Shown here piece after piece: positions 19,907 to 32,338 of a stretch of 64,000 bases of DNA. The notes below the pieces were generated by a model. That model was given only the letters and a program-made list of their open reading frames with translations, ran no database searches and was not told the DNA's origin. Every line of letters starts with the position of its first letter. Positions within the stretch are counted from its first letter, which is position 1. The stretch is taken from positions 224,001 through 288,000 of the forward strand of contig CAWJTV010000020.1 of NCBI GenBank assembly GCA_963845755.1, read 5' to 3'. The position numbers and the translations under genes are program-made. Origin of the DNA: an uncultured Planctomycetota bacterium (lineage in GTDB: Bacteria > Planctomycetota > Planctomycetia > Isosphaerales > Isosphaeraceae).

Positions 19907-22900
19907 ATGACCGCCGACCGCCACCTCCTCTTTGGCCTGCTTGCGCTTCAGACCGGATTGATCCAGCAATCGCAGCTCGTCGCGGCTTTCCACGCCTGGA
20001 CCTGCGACAAGTCGCGGCCCCTGGCCGATCACCTCATCGACCTGGGCCACATGAGCGCCGCCCAGCGGTCGGCCGTCGAAGCCCTGGCGGCCCTGCACGT
20101 CGAGTCTCACGGCGGCGATGTGGAGAAGAGCCTGGCCGCCGTGCCGGCCGGCAAGTCGGCCCGCGAGAGCCTGGCCGAGCTAGGTGACCCGGACATCGGG
20201 GCGACCCTCGGCCACGTCGCCTCGGGCCACGTCTCGACCCATGACGAAGAGGCCGACGACGATCGCACGGCGTCCTATGCTGTGGGGACGGCGACCAGCG
20301 AGGGCCAGCGGTTCCGCGTCTTGCGGCCCCACGCACGCGGCGGACTGGGCGCCGTCTTCGTGGCGCTCGATGCCGAGTTGAACCGCGAGGTGGCTCTCAA
20401 GCAGATCCTGGACCGGCACTCCGACGACACGATCAGCCGCGCCCGGTTCCTGCTCGAGGCCGAGATCACCGGCGGGCTGGAGCACCCCGGCATCGTGCCG
20501 GTCTACGGTCTGGGAACCTACGCTGACGGCCGGCCCTATTACGCCATGCGGTTCATCAAGGGGGACAACCTCAAGGAGGCCGTCGACCGCTTCCATGCCG
20601 GCGAGGCTCTGAAAGCGGACCCGGGACGACGCTCGCTGGAGCTGCGCAACCTGCTGAAGCGGTTGACGGACGTCTGCTACGCGATCGAGTATGCGCATAA
20701 CCGCGGCGTCTTGCACCGCGACATCAAGCCGGGCAACATCATCGTGGGCAAGTATGGCGAGACGCTGGTGGTCGACTGGGGGTTGGCCAAGGCTCTGGGC
20801 CGGGTCGAGCCCGGCGCCGACTCCGGCGAGCGGACGCTCGTCCCCAGCTCGGCCAGCGGCAGCGCCGAGACGCTGCCGGGTAGCTGCGCTGGGCACACCC
20901 AGCTACATGAGCCCGGAGCAGGCCGAGGGGGACATCGAGCACCTGGGGCCGCGTTCGGACGTGTACAGCCTGGGCGCCACGCTCTACTACCTCCTGACCG
21001 GCCGTCCGCCCGCGGAGGGGGACATCGGCGAGGTGCTGCGGACTGTCCAGCGCGGTGATCTCACGCCGCCGAGGAAGGTTGACGCGACGATCGACACGGC
21101 GCTAGAGGCGGTCTGCATGAAGGCGATGGCCCACAAGTCGAAGGATCGGTATGCCTCGCCGCGAGGTCTGGCCGAGGACCTGGAGCGATGGCTGGCGGAG
21201 GAGCCGGTCTTGGCCTGGCGTGAGCCATGGTCGCGGCGGGCCAGACGGTGGGCGCGGCGGAACCGGACCATGGTGACGGCTGCGGTGGTGGCTCTGGTCG
21301 CCGGGGTGGTCGGCCTGGGGGCGGTCCTGGGCGTCCAGACGCGGGCCAATACCGAACTGAAGCGAACCAACAATGAACTGGCGATCGCCTACAAGCAGGT
21401 GGATTCCGCCAACGCCGAGTTGCACTCGGCCAACGCCGAGCTGGCTACCGCCAACCAGAATGTGAACCGGGCCAACGCGGACCTGAAGGCGGCCAACGTG
21501 CGGGAGCGGCAGCGTTTCGAGCTGGCGATGGAAGCCATCGAGCTGTTCCACGGCGAGGTGAGCCAGGACTTGCTCCTGAAGGAAAAGGCGTTCGCCGGCC
21601 TGCGATCGAAGCTGCTCCAAGGCGCGGCCGAGTTCTACGGCAAGCTGGAGCGGCTACTCGAGGGCCAGTCGGACTCGACCTCACGGGCGGCGCTGGGCCG
21701 GGCCTACTTCGAGCTGGCCGGATTGACCCGCGAGATCGGAAAGGGGCCCGAGGCCGTTGCCGTTTACCGCAAGGGTCTGGCGGTCCGGCGCGAACTGGCC
21801 GGTCGGACAGAGGCAGACGGCGAGGCGGAACTGAACGTCGTGCGAAGCCTGATCGGCCTGGCGAGTTCGCTCAGCATGATCGGGGATGATGATGGCCAGC
21901 GAGCGTCTTACGAGGAGGCCCTCCGATTGGCCGAGGGGTTGGTCGCCTCAGGACGCGGGGCCGACGAAGCCCGGTCGGTGCTCGCCGATTGCCTCCACAT
22001 GTTCGACATGCCTAACCAGGGTGAGAGACGAGGTCCCGCGAAGACGTTGGCCATGGCCCGCCGTGCCCTGGCGATCACCCGGGACCTGGTCGTAAGGAAC
22101 CCCTCGTCCACGCGATACCTGGAACAAATCGGGCTTTGTCATCTGATGATCGGGAAATGCCTCGATGAACTCGACAGGCCGGCCGAGTCGATCGCGGCGA
22201 AAGAGGAAGCTATCGTGGTCTTTGGCAAGCTGGCCGACGCGCGGCCCGAGGCGTACGACTACCAGAACAAGCTGGCGATACTCCACAACAACATCGCCGG
22301 CACCTTGCGGTACTCGGGCCGGGTTGACGAGGCGATCGCGTCGCAGCGGCGGGCCCTGGCCATCTGGCGGCGAGCGGCCGAGGCCAACCCCGCCGTGACG
22401 AATCTGGCGAACAACGTGGCCTACGGGCTCAACCACATCGCAGAGGACTTGAACTCCATCGGCAGGCCGGCCGAGGCCCTGGAGGCGCTGGTGCAGGCGC
22501 GGCCGATCTTGCAGAAACTGGTCAATGCCAACTATGGCTCCACTTCCCACCCAGGTAACCTGGCGTGGAACTTCAGCCTCACCGGCACGGCGCTGGGCCG
22601 GATGGGGATGAAGAGCGAGGCGGATGAGGCGTTCGAAACGGCTGTGGCAAGTTCGCGGAAGCTGGCCGAGGAGCATCCGTCGGACCACTCAGTTCACAGG
22701 GGCCTGGCAAATGTGCTGAGTGATTTGGGATGGCGGCGTTTCTGGCGGGCCGGTCGTGCCGCCGAGGCAGCGACCGCGTTCGGCCAGGAGCGGGCGACTT
22801 ACCAGAGGCTGTTGGCCAATGGGTCGGCCGGTGCCGTCGATCGCGACAGTCTGGCGTATAGCGAGAGCAACCTCGCCGCGGCCCTGACCGCCCTGGGCCA

Positions 22901-23405
22901 GCTCTCCGAGGCACGGGCCTGCTGCGACCGGGCGATCGCCCTCCGAGAGGACCTGGTCAAGGACGATCCCAAGAACGGTGATTATGCCGAGGGCCTGGCG
23001 GAGGCTCTGCTGCGCTCGGGTGCGGTGCGGTCGGCGGCTGGCGACCCGGCCGGCGCCGCCGCTGACTGGCGCCGAGCCACGACACTCTATGCCATCCATC
23101 CACCGAGCGGAGAGAGGGCGATCATCCTGGCGTGCTGCCACGGGTCGCTGGCGGGGCTCACCGGACTGGCGGACGCCGGGGTCACCGCTGCCGAGGCAAA
23201 GTCGCATGCTGACCAGGCGATGGCCATCCTCCGCCAGGAAGTGGCCGCCGGCTATCGCGACGCCGATCTGCTGCGGGTCGAGCCTGGGCTAGCCCCCCTG
23301 CGATCGCGCGAGGACTTCCGGTCGATGATGATGGACCTGGCCTTCCCCGCCGAACCCTTCGCGGTGCGCGTGGATCGGGACTTCCGCCCGGTGCCTGCCC
23401 CGTAG
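19907..23405 (+). CDS. Ser/Thr protein kinase with TM helix, coiled coil and TPR repeats (frameshift near 20885)
   Basis: [66 protein letters not shown]-like repeats. Confidence 0.92.
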
Positions 23406-23518
23406 CGCGCCGGGTGCTTGGTGGACTGTGGCGGACCTCCCTCCTGACGACCGCATTCTTGGCAGTTGGGGTGGGTGGGATCGAGCCGATTTTGCCGGCG
23501 CAGTCCCCAGAGAACCCA

Positions 23519-23803
23519 CCGAAGGGGCTCACCAACTACCGAAGTGTCTCACTCTCACAGGGTGAGCCCCTTCCAAAGGTAGTGAGCCCCTACGGGCCCC
23601 CTCGCTCACCGCCTGGGGGCCACTCCCGGTCTCACTCCATCAAGAGGAAAGAGAGAGAAGAGAGAGAGTGTGTGTGTGTAATAATCTTTAGGAGACTCCT
23701 CATGAGTGGGCCGACTGAGCGTCCCGCACGAAGGGGCTCACCAACTGCCGAAGGGGCTCACCCTGTGAGAGTGGGACCCTTCGGGAGTAGTGAGCCTCTT
23801 CGG
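23519..23803. repeat. About 75-bp imperfect inverted arms built from GAAGGGGCTCAC units around a GA/GT tract
   Basis: Arms at 23519-23595 and 23729-23803; central GAGAGAGAAGAGAGAGAGTGTGTGTGTGTA. Confidence 0.8.
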
Positions 23804-23846
23804 GACGATTTGCCGGGTTCGCCGCTAGCCTTGCCCGGCCTTGGGA

Positions 23847-25226
23847 CTACAAGATGAACCGGCTCAGGTCCTCGTCTTGAGAGAGGGCCTCGAGTCGCTC
23901 GCGAACCAGGGCCTCGTCGATGAGCACATGCTTCTCGGCGCGGTCGGGGGCGTCGAAACTGATGTCATCGAGAATCCGCTCCAGGATCGTGTGCAACCGG
24001 CGGGCGCCGATGTTCTGGGTGGACCGGTTCACCAGGAAGGCCAGGTCGGCCATGACCTCGATCGCGGCGTCGGCGAACTCCAGCGCGATGCCTTCGGTGG
24101 AAAGCAGGGCCTGATACTGGCGGATCAGCGAGGCGCGGGGCTCGCGAAGGATGCGCGCGAAGTCGTCGCGGGTCAGGTCCTGCATCTCGACGCGGATCGG
24201 GAATCGGCCCTGGAGCTCGGGCATCAGGTCGGACGGCTTGGAGCGATGAAACGCACCGGCGGCGATGAACAGGATATAGTCGGTCTTGACCGGCCCGTGC
24301 TTGGTGTTGACCGTCGTCCCCTCGACGATCGGCAGCAGGTCGCGCTGGACGCCCTGGCGCGAGACATCCGGCCCGCGGCCGGAGCCTTCATCGCCGGCAA
24401 CCTTGTCGATCTCATCGATGAAGACGATGCCCGACTCTTCCGTGAGCGTGACGGCGGCCTGGCTGATCTTCTCCGGGTCGATCAGGTTCTCGATCTCTTG
24501 CTGGAGCAGGATCGGCCGGGCCTGGCGAATCGTCATCCGACGGGTCTGGGTGGGCTTGGGCATGATCTTCTCGAACATGTTCTGGAGGTCCATCTCCATC
24601 TGCTCGAAGTTGCCGGCGCCCAGGATCGAGACCGGCGCCATCGATCGGCCGGGGAAGGTGACCTCGACCTCGCGGTCGTCGAGCGCACCGGCGGCCAGTC
24701 GGGCGCGCATCTTGTCTCGCGAGCGTTGCCGGCGGTCGGACGCCTCACCCGAGGGAGGCGATTCCCCCTCCGGCCACGGTGCCGACGGTGCCGACGTCGG
24801 CAGGAGCAGGTCCAGCAGCCGCTGCTCGACCCGCGCCTTGGCCTGTTCTTCGACCCGCTGGCGCTCGGAATTGCGGACCAGGACGATCCCCGCTTCGACG
24901 AGGTCGCGGATCAGACCCTCGACGTCGCGGCCCACGTAGCCGACCTCGGTGTACTTGGTGGCCTCGGCCTTCACGAACGGGGCGCCGACGAGCATGGCGA
25001 GCCGTCGGGCGATCTCCGTCTTGCCCACGCCGGTCGGCCCGATCAGCATGATGTTCTTGGGCGTCACATGGCCGCGGAGATCGTCGGAGAGCTGCCGTCG
25101 CCGCCATCGATTCCGCAGCGCGATCGCCACGGCGCGCTTGGCGTCGGTTTGCCCCACGATGTCGCGATCCAGCTCGGCCACGATCTGACGAGGCGTCAGC
25201 TCGCGCTCGGGTTCGTGGTCTGGCAC
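23847..25226 (-). CDS. hslU: ATP-dependent protease ATPase subunit HslU
   Basis: [48 protein letters not shown]-terminal LSRFIL. Confidence 0.97.
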   Translation of the reverse strand: MPDHEPERELTPRQIVAELDRDIVGQTDAKRAVAIALRNRWRRRQLSDDLRGHVTPKNIMLIGPTGVGKTEIARRLAMLVGAPFVKAEATKYTEVGYVGRDVEGLIRDLVEAGIVLVRNSERQRVEEQAKARVEQRLLDLLLPTSAPSAPWPEGESPPSGEASDRRQRSRDKMRARLAAGALDDREVEVTFPGRSMAPVSILGAGNFEQMEMDLQNMFEKIMPKPTQTRRMTIRQARPILLQQEIENLIDPEKISQAAVTLTEESGIVFIDEIDKVAGDEGSGRGPDVSRQGVQRDLLPIVEGTTVNTKHGPVKTDYILFIAAGAFHRSKPSDLMPELQGRFPIRVEMQDLTRDDFARILREPRASLIRQYQALLSTEGIALEFADAAIEVMADLAFLVNRSTQNIGARRLHTILERILDDISFDAPDRAEKHVLIDEALVRERLEALSQDEDLSRFIL

Positions 25227-25798
25227 GGCAGTTCCTCCACCGTCAGGTTGGAATTCGTGTAGATGTCGATCCCGCCCGCGATCGCCAGCGATTCGCGGAC
25301 GATCTCGGCGGCCGAGAGTTTCGTGTGCTTCACCAGCGCCCGCGCGGCCGCCAGGGCGTAACCGCCGCCCGAACCCGTCGACAGGATGCCGTCGCTCGGC
25401 TGGATGACGTCCCCCGAGCCGGTCAACAGCAGGCTGTGCCGCGCGTCGACCACCACCAGGACCGCCTCCAGTCGCCGCAGCATCCGGTCGGTCCGCCAGA
25501 GCTTCGCCAGCTCGGTGGCCGCCCGCGGCACGTTGTTCGGATAATCCTTCAGCTTCCCCTCGAACCGCTCCAGCAGCGCGAACCCGTCCGCTGCCGAGCC
25601 CGCGAATCCTACCAGCACCTTGCCCTCCAGAAGTTTGCGGACCTTCACCGCGTCGGACTTCATGACCTGGGTCCCGAGCGTGACCTGGCCGTCCCCCCCG
25701 ATCGCCACCCGGTCATCCTTGCGCACCGATAGAATCGTCGTCGCGTGCCAGTCCAAGTGGAAAGCCTTTCTCGATAAGGTCTTCTCCGGATCGATCAT
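25196..25798 (-). CDS. hslV: ATP-dependent protease subunit HslV
   Basis: [40 protein letters not shown]. Confidence 0.97.
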   Translation of the reverse strand: MIDPEKTLSRKAFHLDWHATTILSVRKDDRVAIGGDGQVTLGTQVMKSDAVKVRKLLEGKVLVGFAGSAADGFALLERFEGKLKDYPNNVPRAATELAKLWRTDRMLRRLEAVLVVVDARHSLLLTGSGDVIQPSDGILSTGSGGGYALAAARALVKHTKLSAAEIVRESLAIAGGIDIYTNSNLTVEELPCQTTNPSAS

Positions 25799-26199
25799 CC
25801 GCTCCCTATAAGAATTCGGACAATTCGATCTCGCTCGATCGCCACCTTGCGCGGGCGAGATTATTGAGAGGATAATCTCGTGGGTGGAAGATTGCCAAGC
25901 CGAAGGGTCGTACCCGACCGAAAGAACCGGAGCCGATCCGATGAACTCGATTCTCCCGGCGGCGGAGCGCGGATCGCCCTGTTTCCAGAACTCTTAATCT
26001 TATAGGAGAAGTGTGAAAACTCAAGAAAGGCGAGTAGGACTCATTCATGTCTATGGCCTACGTCCTTGAATTGGAGTAGAATCCGTCCGACGAATCACGG
26101 GAGCATCCCGCGGTTCTCGCCGAACGAAACCGGGAGAGACACGCCTGTGACTGAGACACTCACATGGCTTGCGAAACGGCTTCGGAGTTTCGATCGCAG

Positions 26200-28055
26200 A
26201 TGCCTCGACGGTCGCGGCTGCTGCTTCTCGCGGCGGTTCTGGCCCCGATCGGATTCTCGTGCGCATTCTTGACCTGGCGGACCACTCGATCGAGGGCCAT
26301 CGCCGGGTCGCCGTACGCCAATACGCGCCCGGACGTGAAGTACGTCGGCGATGCGGCCTGTGCCCGTTGCCACGTCGAGATCGCCCGGACCTACAGCCGC
26401 CATCCGATGGGCCGCTCGTTGTCTCCGATCGAGGCCGTGACTGCGATCGTCTCGCGACCGACCGATCGTCCAGCCGAGTTCGAGGCGCAGGGACTCCATT
26501 ATTCCGTGGAACATTCGAGCGACCGTGTGATCCATCGGGAGATGCGCCGAGATCGCTCGGGTCGGATCATCGCCGAGAACCAGGCGGTTGTCCGGTATGT
26601 CCTCGGCTCGGGGAAGCAGGGGCTGTCTTACCTGATCGATCGCGATGGCTTCCTGTTCGAGTCCCCGATGACCTGGTATGTCCGGGAACAGCGGTGGGGG
26701 CTGTCTCCCGGTTATCGGGAGAGGAACCGCCATTTCAATCGGCCGATCCTTGCCGACTGCCTATTCTGCCATGCAAATCGGGTCCAACACCTTGCTGGTA
26801 CGGTGAACCGCTATGAGCCGCCGATCTTCCAGGGCCACGCGATTGGTTGTGAGCGCTGCCATGGGCCCGGTGAACTCCACGTCCTTCGTCCCACGATGAC
26901 TGATGGCGTGGACCTGACGATCGTCAATCCGGCAAACCTGGAACCCTCGATTCGCGACTCCGTTTGCGAACAGTGCCATCTGATCGGCCGTCAACGCGCC
27001 GTTCATGCCGGTCTCCGAAGCGAAGATTATCGGCCGGGGTTGCCGTTTTATCAATTCTGGTCGGCGTTTGTGGTCCCCGCCGGTGTTGCCAGCAACCGGT
27101 TCGGCGGCCAGGTTGAACAGATGCACGAAAGTCGTTGCTTCCGCGCGAGCCAGGGCCGGCTCGGATGCATCTCCTGTCATGATCCGCATGTCCAGCCCAT
27201 GCACGAGGAGAAGGCCGCCTATTTCCGGGACCGGTGCCTCGAATGCCATGCCGATCGGGGCTGTTCGCTCCCGGAGAAGGTTCGAAGGGAGCGGGTGCCC
27301 GGTGATGACTGCACAACCTGCCACATGCCGCGATCGGGCACCTCCAATAATCCTCATCTTGCCACGACCGACCATCGGGTTCCTCGTAAGAACCCGGGAG
27401 GCTCCGAAGCCCAGCCCTCCGACAGCATTCCGCGCAGCCTGGTCCGGTTACTGGTCGGTTTTCACGACGGCATGCTCGATGATCGAGGACGTGCCGAATC
27501 CAATCGTGACCGAGGCGTCGCCCTCTGCCGTGATGGCCGGGACGGCGCGGCGTTGGCGTTGCCGTTACTGGAAACGGCCCTGGCGGCAAGACCGGATGAC
27601 CTGCCCGCCTGGGAAGGCAAGGCCGAGGCGCTCCGCCTCCTCGGCCGGTTCGAAGAGGGGCTGCGTGCCTATCGCGTTGTCCTGGCGAAGGATCCGAGCC
27701 GCGAGACCGCCCTGGGAGGCGCGGCCCACCTTGCCGCGCTCGCGGGCCACCAGGAGGACGCGATCGCTTATTGGCGCCAGGCCATCGCTATCAACCCCTC
27801 GGCGCGGACTACCATGGCGAGCTGGCCCGCGGCCAATTGCTGTCGGGTGATCGGCGTGCGTCCATCGCGGCCGGTGAGGAGTCCCTGCGCCTTAACCCGT
27901 TTGATCTCGAGGTCAGAAAGCGGCTCGTCCAGGCTCATCTCCAGGTGGGTGACCGTGAGGCCGCGCGCCGCGAATTCGACCTAATCCTCGAATTCGATCC
28001 GCCGGACCGGGTCGACCTGCTGCGCCGATTCCGTGTACCGTTGTCGCGCCCATAG
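26200..28055 (+). CDS. Multiheme c-type cytochrome with C-terminal TPR repeats (frameshift near 27805)
   Basis: Seven CxxCH motifs (CARCH, CLFCH, CERCH, CEQCH, CISCH, CLECH, CTTCH), N-terminal TM, TPR-like tail. Start is 26164 or 26200. Confidence 0.88.
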
Positions 28056-28062
28056 AGTCGTC

Positions 28063-28207
28063 CTCCGTAGGCTCGCTGCGCCGTGCGCGCCTCTGGGGAT
28101 TCCGAATTCCGGATTCGCGATTCCCGATTCCCGGATCATTCCCCTTCGGGAATCCGGAATCGCGAATCCGGAATCCCGATTGAATTTCGGCCGAAGGCCG
28201 CGTTAGG
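28063..28207 (+). repeat. Heptamer-filled dispersed element, copy 3
   Basis: CTCCGTAGG...(GATTCCG)n...(GAATCCG)n...TTCGGCCGAAGGCCGCGTTAGG between convergent genes. Confidence 0.85.
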
Positions 28208-28219
28208 TGGGTTTCCCGA

Positions 28220-29743
28220 TCACGCCAGCAACTTCGTAACCACTTGCCCGGCGACGTCGGTCAGGCGGAAGTCGCGGCCCTGGAATCGGTAGGTCAGCCG
28301 GGTGTGTTCGAGGCCCAGGAGATGGAGGATCGTCGCCTGGAGATCGTGCACGTGGACGCGGTCCGCCACCGGGGCGAAGCCGAACTCGTCGGTCTCGCCC
28401 AGGGTCAGGCCCGACTTGACCCCGCCGCCGGCCAGCCAGGTCGTCATCGCGTCGATGTGATGGTTGCGGCCGACCGTCTCGCGAATCTCGCCCATCGGCG
28501 TGCGGCCGAATTCGCCGCCCCAGACGACGAGGGTCGAGTCGAGGAGGCCGCGGCTCTTCAGATCCTGGATCAGGGCTGCGCACGGCTGGTCGATCTCGCG
28601 ACAGACTTGATCGAGGTCGCGGGTGAGGGTCTGGCCGGGTACACCGTGATGGTCCCAGTCGGTGTGATAGAGCTGGACGAATCGCACGCCGCGCTCTACC
28701 AGCCGCCGGGCGAGCAGGCAGTTGGTGGCGAAGCCGGGCTTACCGGGCTCGGTGCCGTAGAGGTTCAGGGTCTCGGCCGTCTCCGAACCCAGATCGATCA
28801 ACTCCGGCGCGCTGGTCTGCATCCGGAAGGCGACCTCGTAGGCGTTGATCCGCGTGGCGATCTCGGGGTCCGCCGTGACGTCGCGGTGAGATCGATTCAA
28901 CGCCGTGACGGCCTCGATGGCCCGGCGCTGGCGATCCGTGGAGATCCCCGGCGGCGTCGCCAGGTTCAGGATCGGACTGCCGCCGCCACGGAGCGGCACG
29001 CCCTGGTAGGACGAAGGGAGGAACCCGTTTCCCCAGTTCACCGCCCCGCCTCGCGGTCCTCGCGGCCCCGATTGCAGCACCACGAAGCCGGGCAGGCTCG
29101 TGGACTCGCTGCCGATCCCATACGTGATCCATGAGCCCATACTCGGCCGGCCGAACTGGACGGTGCCGGTGTTGGCGAACAGCTTGGCCGGCGCGTGATT
29201 GAAGACGTCGGTCGCGGCCGATTTGACGAAAGTCAGGTCGTCCACGACCTTGGCCATGTGCGGCAACAACTCCGAGACCCAGGCCCCCGACGCCCCGTGT
29301 CGCGCGAACTTCCGGACCGTCCCTAGCAGCTTGGGATGCTCCTTGGTGAAGATGTCCATGAATGCGAACCGTCGTCCCTGGATGAACGAGTCCGGGATCG
29401 GCTGGCCGCTATAATCCTGGAGCCGGGGCTTGTAGTCGAACAGCTCGAGCTGGCTCGGCCCGCCCGCCATGAACAGATAGATGACGCTCCGGGCCCGCGC
29501 CGGGAAATGCCCCGGCCGGGCCGCCATCGGATTGGCTCCGGCGGCTGTCGGATCGCCGGCCGTGCGCAATCGCGCCGGGCTCGCGTCCCGCCCGGATCCC
29601 GCCACTGCTCGATGATCGGCGCCCAGCAGCGAAGACAGGGCCATCGATCCCAGCCCGAGGCCGCAGTCCGTAAAGAAATGCCGGCGCGTCCGGTCGCGCA
29701 ACGCCCGGTCCCACGCCCGCTTGGTGTCGAACTCGCCGGTCAT
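28220..29743 (-). CDS. DUF1501 domain protein
   Basis: TRRHFF Tat-like signal, IYLFMAGGPSQLELFDYKP, LLARRLVERGVRFVQ, GEFGRTP, RDFRLTDV. Confidence 0.93.
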   Translation of the reverse strand: MTGEFDTKRAWDRALRDRTRRHFFTDCGLGLGSMALSSLLGADHRAVAGSGRDASPARLRTAGDPTAAGANPMAARPGHFPARARSVIYLFMAGGPSQLELFDYKPRLQDYSGQPIPDSFIQGRRFAFMDIFTKEHPKLLGTVRKFARHGASGAWVSELLPHMAKVVDDLTFVKSAATDVFNHAPAKLFANTGTVQFGRPSMGSWITYGIGSESTSLPGFVVLQSGPRGPRGGAVNWGNGFLPSSYQGVPLRGGGSPILNLATPPGISTDRQRRAIEAVTALNRSHRDVTADPEIATRINAYEVAFRMQTSAPELIDLGSETAETLNLYGTEPGKPGFATNCLLARRLVERGVRFVQLYHTDWDHHGVPGQTLTRDLDQVCREIDQPCAALIQDLKSRGLLDSTLVVWGGEFGRTPMGEIRETVGRNHHIDAMTTWLAGGGVKSGLTLGETDEFGFAPVADRVHVHDLQATILHLLGLEHTRLTYRFQGRDFRLTDVAGQVVTKLLA

Positions 29744-29780
29744 GAGCGATCAACCTCTGTGGACTGTCCGAGGACCCGGG

Positions 29781-29838
29781 AAGGTGGGTGAAACCCACCA
29801 AGAAATGGCCAGGTTCTGGTGGGTTTCACCCACCCTAC
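29781..29838. repeat. GTAG-type REP doublet (family 1)
   Basis: GGTGGGTGAAACCCACC...GGTGGGTTTCACCCACCCTAC. Confidence 0.8.
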
Positions 29839-29890
29839 AAAGGCCGGATTCCGTCCTCGGGCCGTTTCTTCCTCACGCGGGTTCACTCAA

Positions 29891-32338
29891 TCACTCTCGT
29901 GTCACGAATTCATCCAGATTCAACAACACCCGCGCGACCGTGACCCATTCCGGCGGCACCGCGGGCGCGATCGTCGTCCCTGACTTGCTGCACTCGGCAC
30001 GGTCCTGGACCAGGACGCGTTCCACCGTTCCGAGCTCCTGGTCGGTCGGCGTCCGCGCCAGGCAGAGCAGGAATGCATGCCGGATTCGCTGGCGATCGGT
30101 CGCCGGCTCGGGTCGATCTTCGAGGATCCGGGCCGCGAGCCCGCCGGCAATCTCGACGAAGGCGGGGTCGTTGAGCAGGGTCAGCGCCTGGAGCGGGGTG
30201 TCGGATCGCAGCCGACGCGTGCAGGTCTGCACGCCTCCCGGGGCGTCGAAGGTGGTCAAGAACGGGTGCGGCGTCGCCCGCCAGAAGAAGGTATAGAGCC
30301 CGCGTCGGTAACGGTTCGGGCCGGTGTCCGCTTGCCACGGGCGTTTCATCTGGCCGAGGTTCATGACGCCGTCAGGCTGGGGTGGGAAGACGCTGGGACC
30401 GCCGATGATCCGCGTCAACAGTCCGCTGCTGGACAGGGCAGCGTCGCGGATCAGCTCGGCGTCCAGGCGAAGTCGCGATTGTCGCCAGAGCAATCGGTTG
30501 TCGGGATCGATCGCCTGAGCGTCGGGGCGAATCCGCGACGCCTGGCGGTAGGTGGCGGATTCCACGATCAGCCGATGGATGGCCTTGAGACTCCAGTCGC
30601 GATCGATCAGCTCGCAGGCCAGCCAGTCGAGCAGCTCGGGATGGCTCGGTGGCGAGCCCTGGGTCCCGAAGTCGTTATCTGTCTCGACCAGGCCGCGACC
30701 GAAATAGGCCTGCCAGATCCGGTTGACCGCCACGCGCGCGGCCAGGGGATTGCGCCGATCCACGAGCCAGTGGGCCAGGTCCATGCGATCCGGCGGGGTC
30801 CCGGGGCTGTCGGCGGTCATCGCGGGCAAGACCGCGGGTACGGCCGGCTCGACCCGCTCTCCTTTCCGCGTGAAATCGCCGCCGAGATGCACGAACGACT
30901 CGCGCGGCGGGCCCGGACGCTCCGAGACCACCATGGTCGTCACGAATTTCGGCAGGTCGTCGCGAAGCTTGGTGAGAGCCGCGTACTCGGTCTGTAATGC
31001 CGGGTCCTTCGCCATCATCAGCTCGATCATCGCGCGGCGCTGGGCGTGCGTGCGTTTCTCCCGCGGCGTGTCAAAGATCACCCGCACCTCTGCGGTCTGC
31101 GCCTGGGTGAATTCGAGCGTGACCGTGGACTCCCACCGACGCTCTCGCTCGTCGAGATCGGGATATCGCACGGCCAGGGTCTTGTGAAACGCATCGATCT
31201 GGACTCGGATCTTCTCGCGCCGGGACAGTTCCGCCGGGCTGGCGATCTCCAGGTCGGGCTCGTCCACGTTGTTGAAGAAGGCGAAGAGCCGGTAGTATTC
31301 GCGCTGGCGGATCGGGTCATACTTGTGATCGTGGCACTGGGCGCAGCCGATCGTCAGGCCGAGGAAGACGGTACCGGTGGTGTTGACCCGGTTGACGATC
31401 GACTCGATCCGGAATTGCTCGACATCGATCCCACCCTCCTGGTTGATCTGGGTATTCCGGTGGAACCCGGTCGCGATCCGCTGGGCGAACGAGGCGCCGG
31501 GCTGGAGGTCGCCGGCAATCTGATCGATGGCGAACCGATCGAACGGTAGATCGGCATTGAACGCGGCGATCACCCAGTCGCGGTATTTCCAGATCGCGCG
31601 GGGTGCGTCAATGTTGTAGCCGTTGGAATCGGCATATCGAGCCTGGTCGAGCCAGGGGCGTGACCATCGCTCGCCGAAGTGAGGGCAGCTCACCAGGCGA
31701 TCGACAAGCCGTTGATAGCGGTCCGGGGACTGATCGGTCAGGAAGGCGTCTCGCTCGACTGGCGAAGGGGGTAATCCGGTCACGTCGAGGCTCACCCGAC
31801 GCAGCAAGGTCGCCGGATCGGCCTCCGGTGACGGTGCCAGGCCGGCGCGTTCGAGCCGGGCCACGACGAACCGATCGATCGGATTGCGAACCCAATTCGT
31901 CAACCGCACATCGGGCGGCACTGGCCGCCGAGGAGGCAGGAACGCCCAGTGAGTCGTCGCGGGAGGTACTCCGGGCCGTTCACCGGCAACGCCACCGGCC
32001 CCCTGGTCGATCCACTCTTGAAAGCGGGTAATTTCGGCTTCGCTCAACGGCGGACGGTTCAAGGGCATCCGCTCGCCAGTGCCCTCGCCGCGCAGCGCGA
32101 GGATCAGCGGGCTGTCTTCGCCGTGGCCCGGTCGGATCACGGGGCCGCCCTTGCCCCCCTGGAGTGCCGCCGCGGCCGTGTCGAGCCGGAGACCGCCCCG
32201 GGGCTTGGCCGCGCCATGGCATGATACACATTGCGATGTCAGAATCGGCTTGATTTGACGCGGGTAATCCACCGTTCTCGATGGCGGAGGATCGGCGGCG
32301 GTGACCGTCGAGAGAGTGAGCGCCGAAAGGCCCACCAA
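29891..32338 (-). CDS. Planctomycete cytochrome c + DUF1549 + DUF1553 (PSD1) protein
   Basis: [65 protein letters not shown]. Confidence 0.93.
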   Translation of the reverse strand: MVGLSALTLSTVTAADPPPSRTVDYPRQIKPILTSQCVSCHGAAKPRGGLRLDTAAAALQGGKGGPVIRPGHGEDSPLILALRGEGTGERMPLNRPPLSEAEITRFQEWIDQGAGGVAGERPGVPPATTHWAFLPPRRPVPPDVRLTNWVRNPIDRFVVARLERAGLAPSPEADPATLLRRVSLDVTGLPPSPVERDAFLTDQSPDRYQRLVDRLVSCPHFGERWSRPWLDQARYADSNGYNIDAPRAIWKYRDWVIAAFNADLPFDRFAIDQIAGDLQPGASFAQRIATGFHRNTQINQEGGIDVEQFRIESIVNRVNTTGTVFLGLTIGCAQCHDHKYDPIRQREYYRLFAFFNNVDEPDLEIASPAELSRREKIRVQIDAFHKTLAVRYPDLDERERRWESTVTLEFTQAQTAEVRVIFDTPREKRTHAQRRAMIELMMAKDPALQTEYAALTKLRDDLPKFVTTMVVSERPGPPRESFVHLGGDFTRKGERVEPAVPAVLPAMTADSPGTPPDRMDLAHWLVDRRNPLAARVAVNRIWQAYFGRGLVETDNDFGTQGSPPSHPELLDWLACELIDRDWSLKAIHRLIVESATYRQASRIRPDAQAIDPDNRLLWRQSRLRLDAELIRDAALSSSGLLTRIIGGPSVFPPQPDGVMNLGQMKRPWQADTGPNRYRRGLYTFFWRATPHPFLTTFDAPGGVQTCTRRLRSDTPLQALTLLNDPAFVEIAGGLAARILEDRPEPATDRQRIRHAFLLCLARTPTDQELGTVERVLVQDRAECSKSGTTIAPAVPPEWVTVARVLLNLDEFVTRE

